NCBI GenBank assembly: GCA_963668025.2
Contig: CAXXTH010000012.1
Location: forward strand, 32,001 to 96,000
Reading direction: 5' to 3'
From: Candidatus Hydrogenedentota bacterium
Lineage (GTDB): Bacteria; Hydrogenedentota; Hydrogenedentia; Hydrogenedentales; SLHB01
DNA: 64,000 bases
Below the pieces are notes generated by a model that worked only from the letters and a program-made list of their open reading frames with translations, was not told the origin of the DNA and searched no databases. The position numbers and the translations under genes were made by a program. Below, piece by piece: positions 30,229 to 38,385 of this stretch; positions within the stretch are counted from its first letter, which is position 1; each line of letters starts with the position of its first letter.

Positions 30229-31047
30229 ATGCCAGCGATAACGGATCATCCTTGTTTTCCGCAGCCTGAGGATGCTGACACCAAAATCTGGCGTTACATG
30301 GATTTACCAAAATTGCTTTGGATGCTGGAAGAGAATGCTCTCTACTTTTGCAGAGTGGATTTACTAGAAGATACGTTTGAGGGTACAAGGACTCCGTCTA
30401 CTGAGCCCTTGATTAACGAAGATAGGTGTCCTGATCTCCTGAAGCAATTTTTTCGAGAAGAAAGAAAAGCTAGACGTTCTTTGGTTTTTGTGAACTGTTG
30501 GTACTTTGGTGATCACGAATCTGTTGCTATGTGGAAGATATACGGGAAAGAGAATAAGTCAATCGCTGTGCAGTCAACTTATCGTTCCTTATTTGAACAG
30601 TTAAATCTAGTTCGATTTCTAGAAAACGAAGAATTAGTTCACGACTGTTTCTTAGGGCTTGTCTCATATATTGACTATACTAAGGAGAGTCTGGGTCGCC
30701 CTCAGAATTTGCTCTCTCCATTCATGCATAAGAGAGAGTCATTTGCCTTTGAAAAGGAAGTGCGTGCATTGGTCGATTCAGAATTCATCAAGAATCTTGG
30801 TGATTATTGTGCGAAGAAATCAGATAGGCAAAAAGAAGCGAGGCGTATTCGTGATCTGTATGCCAGGCATGTGAAAGAGTGCTCAGGAATCACTGTTCCC
30901 GTTGATCTATCTGCGCTTATCGAAAGCATTTACGTTGCACCCAAAGCAGAGCTGTGGTTTGTGGAACTCGTAGAGAAAGTAATACGGCGATATGGACTCA
31001 ATGTGCCGGTGAAGCATTCGTCTTTGGATGCCGATCCACTATACTAA
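30229..31047 (+). CDS. DUF2971-like protein, AT-richer than flanks
   Basis: IWRYMD..K...L....LYF.R.D...D.FEG, VNCW....ES.AMWK.Y, KR..F.FEKEVR, LIE.IY.AP. Confidence 0.75.
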   Translation: MPAITDHPCFPQPEDADTKIWRYMDLPKLLWMLEENALYFCRVDLLEDTFEGTRTPSTEPLINEDRCPDLLKQFFREERKARRSLVFVNCWYFGDHESVAMWKIYGKENKSIAVQSTYRSLFEQLNLVRFLENEELVHDCFLGLVSYIDYTKESLGRPQNLLSPFMHKRESFAFEKEVRALVDSEFIKNLGDYCAKKSDRQKEARRIRDLYARHVKECSGITVPVDLSALIESIYVAPKAELWFVELVEKVIRRYGLNVPVKHSSLDADPLY

Positions 31048-31075
31048 GATGTCTCTGATTAGGGATGAAAACGTC

Positions 31076-31153
31076 ACATAGTGGCTGTTGTGCTCGTTGT
31101 GGTTGAATATGGTCAAATATAAATAAACCACAACGGACACGACGAACACGAGG
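31076..31153. repeat. Hairpin-forming repeat, left copy
   Basis: acatagtggctgttgtgctcgttgtggttga...aaaccacaacggacac; direct repeat of 32250-32305. Confidence 0.8.
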
Positions 31154-31196
31154 ATCACCTAGGTAAGGTGATTCTTACGCTAGAAGGGTACGGCCC

Positions 31197-31511
31197 ATGA
31201 CGCGCGAAGAGTTATTGCTTGCCGTGAAGGAGGCCGTGCAGGCGGTGTCGCCTGGCGCGTCGGTGATCCTGTTCGGCTCGCGCGCACGGGGCGACGCCCA
31301 GCCGGATTCGGATTGGGATTTTCTGGTGCTGACCGATGAACCACTAGGCTGGAGGAAAGAAAGAGAACTCCTGCGCGGTATGTGGCGTGTGGAATGGCAA
31401 TGCGGTGAAGTGCTTAATCCTATTGTCCATTCACGTGCGGAATGGCAGTCGCCCATACGTGAAGGCTCTCCATTCCTGCAGGCCGTGAACCGGGAAGGGA
31501 TTCCCGTATGA
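31197..31511 (+). CDS. Minimal nucleotidyltransferase
   Basis: LFGSRARGDAQPDSDWD; C-terminal SPF...V.REGI.V. Confidence 0.92.
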   Translation: MTREELLLAVKEAVQAVSPGASVILFGSRARGDAQPDSDWDFLVLTDEPLGWRKERELLRGMWRVEWQCGEVLNPIVHSRAEWQSPIREGSPFLQAVNREGIPV

Positions 31512-31906
31512 ACGATTCTACACAGGAGATTGTCCTGTTTCGCCTTCGAGCGGCGCGGGAAACGCTGGTAGAAGCTCGCGCCATGTTGGACGGAGGGCAT
31601 CCCCGCGGATGCATTAACCGGCTCTATTATGCATGCTTTTACGCCGTGAGCGCATTGTTATTGGCAAAAGGGCTTTCCTCCTCCAAGCATACGGGGGTTC
31701 GCGCCTTTTTTAATAAAGAGTTCATCCATACCGGTGTGTTTTCTGCTTCTATTGGAGACACATACAACACGTTGTTTGTAAAACGTATGAGTAGCGATTA
31801 TGAAGATTTTTTCACGCCTAATAGCCAGGAAGTATCTGAGTTGTTCTCAGAAGCCGGGCAGCTTGTAGATACGATAGACGGATATTTGCAGCGAAACACG
31901 GAGTAA
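31508..31906 (+). CDS. HEPN domain protein (RLYYACF / R-x4-Y type)
   Basis: NRLYYACFYA..ALL, KH.GV...F...FI, KRMSSDY; ATGA overlap with MNT. Confidence 0.9.
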   Translation: MNDSTQEIVLFRLRAARETLVEARAMLDGGHPRGCINRLYYACFYAVSALLLAKGLSSSKHTGVRAFFNKEFIHTGVFSASIGDTYNTLFVKRMSSDYEDFFTPNSQEVSELFSEAGQLVDTIDGYLQRNTE

Positions 31907-31911
31907 TTCCA

Positions 31912-32226
31912 ATGACGCGCGAGGAGTTGTTACAAGCCGTGAAGGAAGCCGTGCAGGCGGCGGCGCCGGACGCGTCGGTGATCCTATTCGGTTCGCGCGC
32001 ACGGGGCGACGCCCAGCCGGACTCGGATTGGGATTTTCTGGTATTGACCGATGAGCCGCTGAGCGAAGCATCGCAGGAAAGTGTGAACCGGCGTATATGG
32101 GAATTGGGTTGGGACGAAGGATTGACACTATCCACCCTGTTCTATACCCGTTCTCAATGGCAGGAACCTCGGCGGCGGGCCGCAGGATTCCACCGCGCCG
32201 TGGAACGCGAGGGAATCTTGTTATGA
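31912..32226 (+). CDS. Minimal nucleotidyltransferase, orphan paralog
   Basis: First 50 aa nearly identical to 31197-31511, second half divergent; no intact HEPN follows. Confidence 0.9.
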   Translation: MTREELLQAVKEAVQAAAPDASVILFGSRARGDAQPDSDWDFLVLTDEPLSEASQESVNRRIWELGWDEGLTLSTLFYTRSQWQEPRRRAAGFHRAVEREGILL

Positions 32227-32249
32227 TGGAAGGTTCAGTTGATAATCGG

Positions 32250-32346
32250 ACATAGTGGTTATTGTGCTCGTCGTGGTTGAGTCTCAACAAACCACAACGG
32301 ACACAATGTTGGCGTTTTTTCGTGTATTTGGTGTATTTCGTGGTTC
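32250..32346. repeat. Hairpin-forming repeat, right copy, plus 9-nt-period arm
   Basis: acatagtggttattgtgctcgtcgtggttga...aaaccacaacggacac, then ttcgtgtatttggtgtatttcgtggtt. Confidence 0.8.
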
Positions 32347-32385
32347 GTATTTTTGAGGACAAACGCCAAACATAGGAGTGAGCCC

Positions 32386-32661
32386 ATGGGATGCTGTTTT
32401 GGATTGTTGCTGGCGGCGGGGATTCCGCGCATCGCGTTGATTCTGGTGTGGCTGTCGGGAAAGAGCGCGTCTCTCTTTGATACGCGCCTGTGGCCGTTGC
32501 TCGGGTTCTTCTTCCTGCCCTACACCACGTGCGGCTATTGTATCGCGGAATATTACTTTAAAGGCCCCTCGGCGGGCTGGGGCCTTGCGGTGGTGATCAT
32601 CGGCGTGCTACTCGATTTGGGCAGCCACGGCGGCGGCGCACGGCAAATGCAGCGGCGATGA
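32386..32661 (+). CDS. Small membrane protein
   Basis: AGGAG RBS; PR.AL...WL, WPLLGFFFLPYTT..Y, GVLLDLG; about 3 TM segments. Confidence 0.8.
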   Translation: MGCCFGLLLAAGIPRIALILVWLSGKSASLFDTRLWPLLGFFFLPYTTCGYCIAEYYFKGPSAGWGLAVVIIGVLLDLGSHGGGARQMQRR

Positions 32662-32667
32662 TGAATG

Positions 32668-32916
32668 TATTTTTAACACAAAGGCACAAAGACACAAGGA
32701 GGTCTCTCACCGCTTGTAGTTTGCCCATAATTCTTTGTGCCTTAGTGTCTTTGTGTTGAGTTTTTAATGAGTACAAAATCGCGAAAGCGTTGTCGAATAG
32801 ATCGTGATGTTCTAACAAAGAGAAGAAAACACATGGAATCCTTCAAGACGTTGACTAGCGTTGTGGAGCCGCTGGACCGGATGGATGTGGATACGGACCA
32901 GTCTAGAACGGAATGA
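32668..32916 (+). pseudogene. Duplicate of leuD upstream region and first 23 codons
   Basis: Direct repeat of ~33302-33537; mini-ORF 32833-32916 MESFKTLTSVVEPLDRMDVDTDQSRTE* versus Leu[24 protein letters not shown]. Confidence 0.9.
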
Positions 32917-32932
32917 TTGGAGGTGAAGAGAT

Positions 32933-33241
32933 ATGCGCGAAGTACGCTATGTTGCTAAGAATAATCGCATTCTTGTCATTTCCTTGGCATTTACATTCTG
33001 CTGGATGATTTATGCCATGTCCACCTTTTATACAGCTAAGATGGTTTGGATTTTACCCGGATTAGGCTTTATCCTAAGCGGTTTTGTTTTGTGCGGAGTA
33101 AGTGTATTGGCGGACTTGAGGCTGTTTTTTGAAAGAGAAGTAAAACTAAAAACCAGGCTGCTAGTCGGAAGCGTATGCCTTTTGGTGGTTTTATATTCTT
33201 GTTATGCTTTTCTTTCTGTGCTTAGGCAGCCAACGTTTTGA
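32933..33241 (+). CDS. Hypothetical 3-TM membrane protein, AT-rich
   Basis: GGAGGT RBS; three hydrophobic segments; sits between the two leuD 5' copies. Confidence 0.7.
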   Translation: MREVRYVAKNNRILVISLAFTFCWMIYAMSTFYTAKMVWILPGLGFILSGFVLCGVSVLADLRLFFEREVKLKTRLLVGSVCLLVVLYSCYAFLSVLRQPTF

Positions 33242-33308
33242 TAAGGATTATGCGGAAATATACAACCGACAACGCCGGGAAGATAGGTTTACTTAGACGT
33301 TTATTTTT

Positions 33309-33392
33309 TAACACAAAGGCACAAAGACACAAGGAGGTCTCTCGCCGCTTGTGGTTTGGCCTTAATTCTTTGTGTCTTAGTATCTTTGTGTT
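33309..33392. repeat. Inverted pair of 9-nt-period repeats upstream of leuD
   Basis: aacacaaaggcacaaagacacaag...ctttgtgtcttagtatctttgtgtt; also at 32675-32757. Confidence 0.8.
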
Positions 33393-33468
33393 GGAATTTT
33401 TGTAAGTAAAAATCGCAGAAACGTTATCGAATAGATCGTAATGGCCCATAACAAGGAGAAGAAAACAC

Positions 33469-34065
33469 ATGGAACCCTTCAAGACGTTGACTGGCGTTGT
33501 GGCGCCGCTGGACCGGATGAATGTGGATACGGACCAGATTATCCCGAAGCAATTCCTGAAGCGCATCGAGCGGACCGGATACGAGGATTGCTTGTTTTAC
33601 GACTGGCGGTTTCTCGAGGACGGCAAGACGCCGGATCCGGATTTCGAGCCCAACGCCGCGCGTTATGCGGGCGCGTCCATCTTGCTGGCGCGCGACAACT
33701 TCGGCTGCGGCTCGTCGCGCGAGCACGCCCCCTGGGCGCTGCATGACTATGGCATCCGCTGCATCCTTGCGCCGTCCTATGCCGATATCTTCTACAACAA
33801 CTGCTTCAACAACGGCATGCTGCCCCTGCGGCTGCCGAACGCGGTGATCGACGTGCTCTTCCCGGAAGTGCGCGCCACGGAAGGCTATTCGCTCGTGATT
33901 GACTTGCCCGCGCAAACGATCACGAAGCCCAACGGCGACGCCATTTCCTTCGAGTTGGATCCGTTCCTGAAGGAACGCCTGCTGAATGGCTGGGATCAGA
34001 TCGGCCTGACCTTGCGCCACGAAAGCAAGATCGCCGCTTACGAAAAAGCGCACGGCGTGGCATAA
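33469..34065 (+). CDS. leuD: 3-isopropylmalate dehydratase small subunit
   Basis: [51 protein letters not shown]. Confidence 0.98.
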   Translation: MEPFKTLTGVVAPLDRMNVDTDQIIPKQFLKRIERTGYEDCLFYDWRFLEDGKTPDPDFEPNAARYAGASILLARDNFGCGSSREHAPWALHDYGIRCILAPSYADIFYNNCFNNGMLPLRLPNAVIDVLFPEVRATEGYSLVIDLPAQTITKPNGDAISFELDPFLKERLLNGWDQIGLTLRHESKIAAYEKAHGVA

Positions 34066-34087
34066 AGAAACAAACTCAAGATCCGGA

Positions 34088-34142
34088 TTTTTTACCACGA
34101 AGAGCGCGAGGCTATGCCGCGTCAGGCTCTTCGTGGTGAAAA
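34088..34142. terminator. Stem-loop between convergent leuD and peroxiredoxin
   Basis: tttttaccacgaagagc...gctcttcgtggtgaaaa; similar arms at ~57611-57674. Confidence 0.55.
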
Positions 34143-34240
34143 TCCAGGGCGGAACGAGTAGGCATGCCTTGATTGCATGGGTATTCCATTTCTTTCTCGT
34201 TCTGTTCAAGCCAGCCAATGGCGAATGGTGGCCAGTGCCG

Positions 34241-34861
34241 TTATTTCTCCGCGCTCGTTTGTTTTTCTGTTTCTGGAGCGGGCTTCTCCGGTTCCTTTTT
34301 GGGTGCCAGTCCGGCTATGGCCTTGTAGAGGGGATCGAGGCCCTTGACGACATCGTACGCTTTATCCACATAGCGTATAACGCCTTCCTTGTCCACCAGA
34401 AACACCTCGCGATTGGCGAATAACCCCATCATCCGTTTGACGCAGTATGCCGCGACAATCTCGCCTTTCGGATCGCCCACCACCGAAAAGGGGAGTTTAT
34501 ATTCGCCCTTGAACCGGTCGCTCTCCGTCTGCTTGTCCACACTTACGGCCACGATGGCCAGCTCCTGGCTTTGCAACTTTTCAAAATCATCCCGGTAGCC
34601 GCACATCTCCTTGGTGCAGCCCGGCGTAAAGGCCTTTGGATAAAAGGCCACCAGCACATTCTTCTTTCCTTGATAATCAGAAAGGTGTGCCGCTTCCGGG
34701 CCTTCCGGGCCTGGGATGGCGAAATCGGGCGCTTTATCGTTGATTTTAAGTTCCACCTCAGCGGCTTGGACCATGCCAGGCCTTCCTATCAAGGCCGTGC
34801 AAACCCATGTGGCGCTCGATGCTATCGCGAGCAGTGTCCGGCGTATCTGTTTTCCTCTCAT
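34241..34861 (-). CDS. bcp: Exported BCP/PrxQ-type peroxiredoxin
   Basis: KAPDF, FYPKAFTPGCTKEMC (PxxxTxxC), R.VFLVDKEG.IRY; N-terminal signal-like region. Confidence 0.88.
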   Translation of the reverse strand: MRGKQIRRTLLAIASSATWVCTALIGRPGMVQAAEVELKINDKAPDFAIPGPEGPEAAHLSDYQGKKNVLVAFYPKAFTPGCTKEMCGYRDDFEKLQSQELAIVAVSVDKQTESDRFKGEYKLPFSVVGDPKGEIVAAYCVKRMMGLFANREVFLVDKEGVIRYVDKAYDVVKGLDPLYKAIAGLAPKKEPEKPAPETEKQTSAEK

Positions 34862-35130
34862 GAATATATCCTCGTTTTGGCGTTCTGAAACGCAGTGGGC
34901 TAAACAAATTGGAATAGCATTTCTTACCATTGAAACAGGTATAATGAGGATATTATTCATGCGGAAAAGGCCTGATATGCCGCAAGACTTGATTCCTAAA
35001 GGTTTCGGGCGCTAATCTATGCGATGGTATGAAACTTTCACCATTGAAAGTAGATAAATTCCATGCGCTTGTTTTCGTTTCTCATACAATCGAAGTGTGG
35101 GTTGCGCGCGAAATGGGCAGGTATAAAGAC

Positions 35131-35640
35131 ATGAGGAAACAACACATGGCACGAATCGCAGCTATAATGCTCATAGCGGGATTGTTGCTGGCTGGGTGCC
35201 AGACGAACTGGAATCCATTTCAGTCATCCGGAAGCTCTTCAAACGCCTCGATGGCTCCGCCGCAAGATCCCATGATGAATACAGGAGCGCCGTCTATTCC
35301 GAATCCCGGCTTAGGCATATCGCCAGATCAACGTTTCCCGGATGTTCCCCTGCCCGTGGGCCTCACCGAAGATCCGGAGCGCACCTTCGTGTACGAATCG
35401 GCTTCGCTGTCCGTGGGGCGGATGGTATATACAACCAAGGCGGATGTCAGCGAACTGGCGCAATTCTACATTGATGAAAGCCCCGTTTCCGGCTGGCAGC
35501 GGGAGAGCTTGATTCAGACGGAAGGCGCGGATTTGCTTTTCCGCAAGCCCGGTAAAACGCTCAAAGTGGTCATACGCGACCTCGGTTTAGGGCGAGGCCG
35601 CCGCCTGACGCTCACCATGGTGCCGGATGCCGCACAATGA
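35131..35640 (+). CDS. Hypothetical lipoprotein
   Basis: Lipobox LLAGC; RFPDVPLP, FY......GW motifs. Confidence 0.75.
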   Translation: MRKQHMARIAAIMLIAGLLLAGCQTNWNPFQSSGSSSNASMAPPQDPMMNTGAPSIPNPGLGISPDQRFPDVPLPVGLTEDPERTFVYESASLSVGRMVYTTKADVSELAQFYIDESPVSGWQRESLIQTEGADLLFRKPGKTLKVVIRDLGLGRGRRLTLTMVPDAAQ

Positions 35641-36122
35641 AGCATCCCGCCGCAGCGCTGATTACGATGGCCGCTGTGGCCGTGCTGGCGGGATGTCCCA
35701 CATCGGAGTTGCCTTTCAGCGTGCCCGAGATCCCTGGTATCATATCTCCGGCCATGAGCAATGAGGAGCAGGTTGCCACGGTATTGGATGATGTCCAGCG
35801 AGGCATGGAGACAAGGCGTATATATCAAGTTCTGGCGCATGTGTCCAAGAATTATAAGGATCAAGAAGGCCGGAACTACGAGGGGATTCAGGCGTATCTG
35901 AACCGGTTCTTCCGCGAATACCGGGAGATCCGCATCACGCGCACGCCGCCACGCATCCAGGTGCAAGGCAATTGGGCGCGCGCAGTCGAGACTTTCGGAA
36001 CTCGGGCGAAGCCCGAGAATCCGGATTTCGGACTGGGGCTGAATATACAGGGGCAAGTGACGGTAAATCTAGAAAAAGTTGGCGATACTTGGCAGATCAC
36101 CGAGTGGGGGCCGCTGCAATAA
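35637..36122 (+). CDS. Lipoprotein, NTF2-like fold likely
   Basis: Lipobox LAGC; VS..Y.D..G, LEK.GD.WQI ending. Confidence 0.7.
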   Translation: MKHPAAALITMAAVAVLAGCPTSELPFSVPEIPGIISPAMSNEEQVATVLDDVQRGMETRRIYQVLAHVSKNYKDQEGRNYEGIQAYLNRFFREYREIRITRTPPRIQVQGNWARAVETFGTRAKPENPDFGLGLNIQGQVTVNLEKVGDTWQITEWGPLQ

Positions 36123-36159
36123 ACAATATGCAATCGACATGGATGGAGCAGGAGTCCAA

Positions 36160-37107
36160 ATGAAACCCAAGAAACTAACCAAAAAACCAAAGTATTTTAT
36201 CGAAGAACCTAAGGCGAAAAGTGAATTCTCCGCCATGGTGGAACACATCCAAGAGCATCCCGGAGCGTATGTGGCTGCGGTGGCGGTGGTGATAGTTTTC
36301 ATTATCGGCGGCGTCGTGTATTCAGCAAATACCAAAGCGGGCAATATACTTCTCGATACAGCCTATGCGCGCGCGATTCAAGCATCAGAAAAACCCGAGG
36401 ACGCGCTGAAGGGGCTCGAGGCCATTGAGAATGAAAAAGGGGATGCCCGCCCGCGCGTATTGTATAGCTTAGGCGAAACGGCTTTCGAGCAGAAGAATTA
36501 TGATAAGGCCAAATCCGCGTTCGAGGAATTGCGGCAGGAGTATGCGGATTCGGCTTTTACCCCGGACGCAGTGGAAGGGCTCGGGTATATCTTGGAAGAA
36601 CAGGGCAAGGATTTTGCCGGTGCAAAGGCCCTGTATGAAGAGATTCGCAAGCAATGGCCCAACAGCTTTACGACCATGCGGCAGCCGTATAATATCGCCC
36701 GCTGCAATGAGCAACTCGGGCAGTTGGAAGACGCCATCAAATCCTATGAAGAGCAGAAGCAAGTGTTCGCCGAATCCAAAATAGCCGAAAAAGCGCAAGC
36801 TGCTCTGGATAGGCTGAAACAGGAGAAACCGGAACTGTTCCCACAGGAAGCAGCGGCTTCGCCCGCTGCTACGGAACAGCCCGCCGCTGCCGCGAATGCG
36901 CAATCCTTGGAACAGCAGGTGGATGCCCTTGAAAAAGATGTGGACAAGGCGTTGGATGGCGGAAGTGCCCCGTCTGAAGGCGGAGCGTTGAAACTGCCTG
37001 AACCCAATGCGGCGGAATCCGCCGATGCGAAAACGGCATTGCCTGCGGCAGCCCCTGAGAAGCGGCTGGAAATGCCTCCCGCGGATGGCGCACAGCCGAA
37101 AGAGTAG
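36160..37107 (+). CDS. YfgM-like membrane-anchored TPR protein
   Basis: GGAG RBS; one N-terminal TM, then TPRs (YSLGE..F..KNYDKA, YNIARC.EQLG); Ala/Pro/Glu-rich tail. Confidence 0.8.
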   Translation: MKPKKLTKKPKYFIEEPKAKSEFSAMVEHIQEHPGAYVAAVAVVIVFIIGGVVYSANTKAGNILLDTAYARAIQASEKPEDALKGLEAIENEKGDARPRVLYSLGETAFEQKNYDKAKSAFEELRQEYADSAFTPDAVEGLGYILEEQGKDFAGAKALYEEIRKQWPNSFTTMRQPYNIARCNEQLGQLEDAIKSYEEQKQVFAESKIAEKAQAALDRLKQEKPELFPQEAAASPAATEQPAAAANAQSLEQQVDALEKDVDKALDGGSAPSEGGALKLPEPNAAESADAKTALPAAAPEKRLEMPPADGAQPKE

Positions 37108-37128
37108 CTATTCCAATCCCGTATCAAT

Positions 37129-37155
37129 AAAGGGCGGCTCTTGAGCCGCCCTTTT
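37129..37155. terminator. Bidirectional intrinsic terminator
   Basis: aaagggcggctc-tt-gagccgccctttt between convergent genes. Confidence 0.9.
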
Positions 37156-37169
37156 GCTATATGCGCATA

Positions 37170-38078
37170 TCACCGCAGCCAACGCGCATGCTGTAGAAAA
37201 TAAGCGATTCCATCATCCAAGCCCCGCATGGGCGTCTTCAGTATGGCCCGGGCGCGCGTATTGTCGAGAGAGATATCGCGGGGGCGCGGCGCACGGCCAG
37301 GCAAGACAGTGGGATCGTTTGGCAATATTTGATGTGGATTATGCCCCATATGGAATGCGAGCCGCCGAGCCATGTGAAGGCGGCTGGCGCGTTCATTTCC
37401 CGCCAAATGAATGATGTCAGCGTATTCGCCGCCCGCTAGTTCGAGCAGCGCCTGGCCTAAAGTCACGACATCAATGGGTGTGCGCATCTCCTCCTCCGGC
37501 ACGCCGAGTTCTTTTCCCGCCTCCAGGGTCTCGAGCATACGGATGAGAAAGGCGTTGCCCTGGCCGAGCAGGGGAAGCCCCATGGTGACGGCCAAGCGCG
37601 CCACGACGCCATGCGGCCCGAGCGCAAGGACCGCCTGCTCCGCTTCAACCTTCGATGCCCCATACACATGGATGGGATGGACGGGGTCTTCTTCGTTGTA
37701 ATTTCCCCGTTCGCCATCGAAGACATTGTCGGTCGAGCAAAATAGGCAACGAGCGCCGTATTCAGCGCACAGCGCAGCCAAATGGACAGTGGCGTCCACA
37801 TTCACCTGGCAGGTTTCTTCGGGATGCGCTTCGCAGTAATCAATCGAGGCCATGGCGGCGGTGTGGATGACGGCAAAAGGCCGGACGGTGCGCATGAGTC
37901 CGGCCAGCGCATCGTAATCGAGAAGAGTGGTTTCATGCCAGCATATGCTGGCGCGCGTATCTGGCGCTGGGCCGCGCGATTGGGCATGAGCTTCCCACGA
38001 TGCGCCCGCCTGGGTGAGGATGCTTCCTGCGATAAAGCCCCTTCCGCCCGTAACCAATAAGCGCCTGGCCTCGCCCAT
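37170..38078 (-). CDS. RmlD-like SDR oxidoreductase (dTDP-4-dehydrorhamnose reductase family)
   Basis: LVTGG.GFI, HTAA...DYCE.HP, STDNVFDG..G.Y.EED..P...YG.SK, RTP, PRP.D.SL. Confidence 0.88.
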   Translation of the reverse strand: MGEARRLLVTGGRGFIAGSILTQAGASWEAHAQSRGPAPDTRASICWHETTLLDYDALAGLMRTVRPFAVIHTAAMASIDYCEAHPEETCQVNVDATVHLAALCAEYGARCLFCSTDNVFDGERGNYNEEDPVHPIHVYGASKVEAEQAVLALGPHGVVARLAVTMGLPLLGQGNAFLIRMLETLEAGKELGVPEEEMRTPIDVVTLGQALLELAGGEYADIIHLAGNERASRLHMARRLAFHMGHNPHQILPNDPTVLPGRAPRPRDISLDNTRARAILKTPMRGLDDGIAYFLQHARWLR

Positions 38079-38079
38079 T

Positions 38080-38385
38080 CTATTTTCTCCTAACTGTTTT
38101 TGCGGGCATTTTGTTATTAATACGGTAGATAAACGCCAAAACTTCCGCCACCGCTTTATATAATTCCTCCGGAATGGAGGCTCCAATATCCAGCTTAGCC
38201 AGTACGGCCACGAGGTCCGGGTCTTCATGGATATGTATGCCATTTTCCCGTGCGATAGCAATAATGCGCTCCGCAAGCAGGCGCTCGCCTTTGGCCACAA
38301 TGCGCGGAGCCGCATCATTATCGACATCGTAGCGCATCGCCACGGCGCGTTTGCGCGGATGGGGTTTGGGTGGTTCTTCCATCAT
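38080..38385 (-). CDS. Stand-alone FlhB C-terminal-like (EscU/YscU/HrcU switch family) protein
   Basis: AVA.RYD....AP.IVAKG....AERII.IA.E..I, IPEELYKAVAEVLAFIY. Confidence 0.92.
   Translation of the reverse strand: MMEEPPKPHPRKRAVAMRYDVDNDAAPRIVAKGERLLAERIIAIARENGIHIHEDPDLVAVLAKLDIGASIPEELYKAVAEVLAFIYRINNKMPAKTVRRK

Noticed and set aside
31076-32305. Hairpin direct repeats as canonical integron attC sites
   Set aside because: No clear RYYYAAC...GTTRRRY boxes and no integrase in the window; kept only as an architectural analogy.
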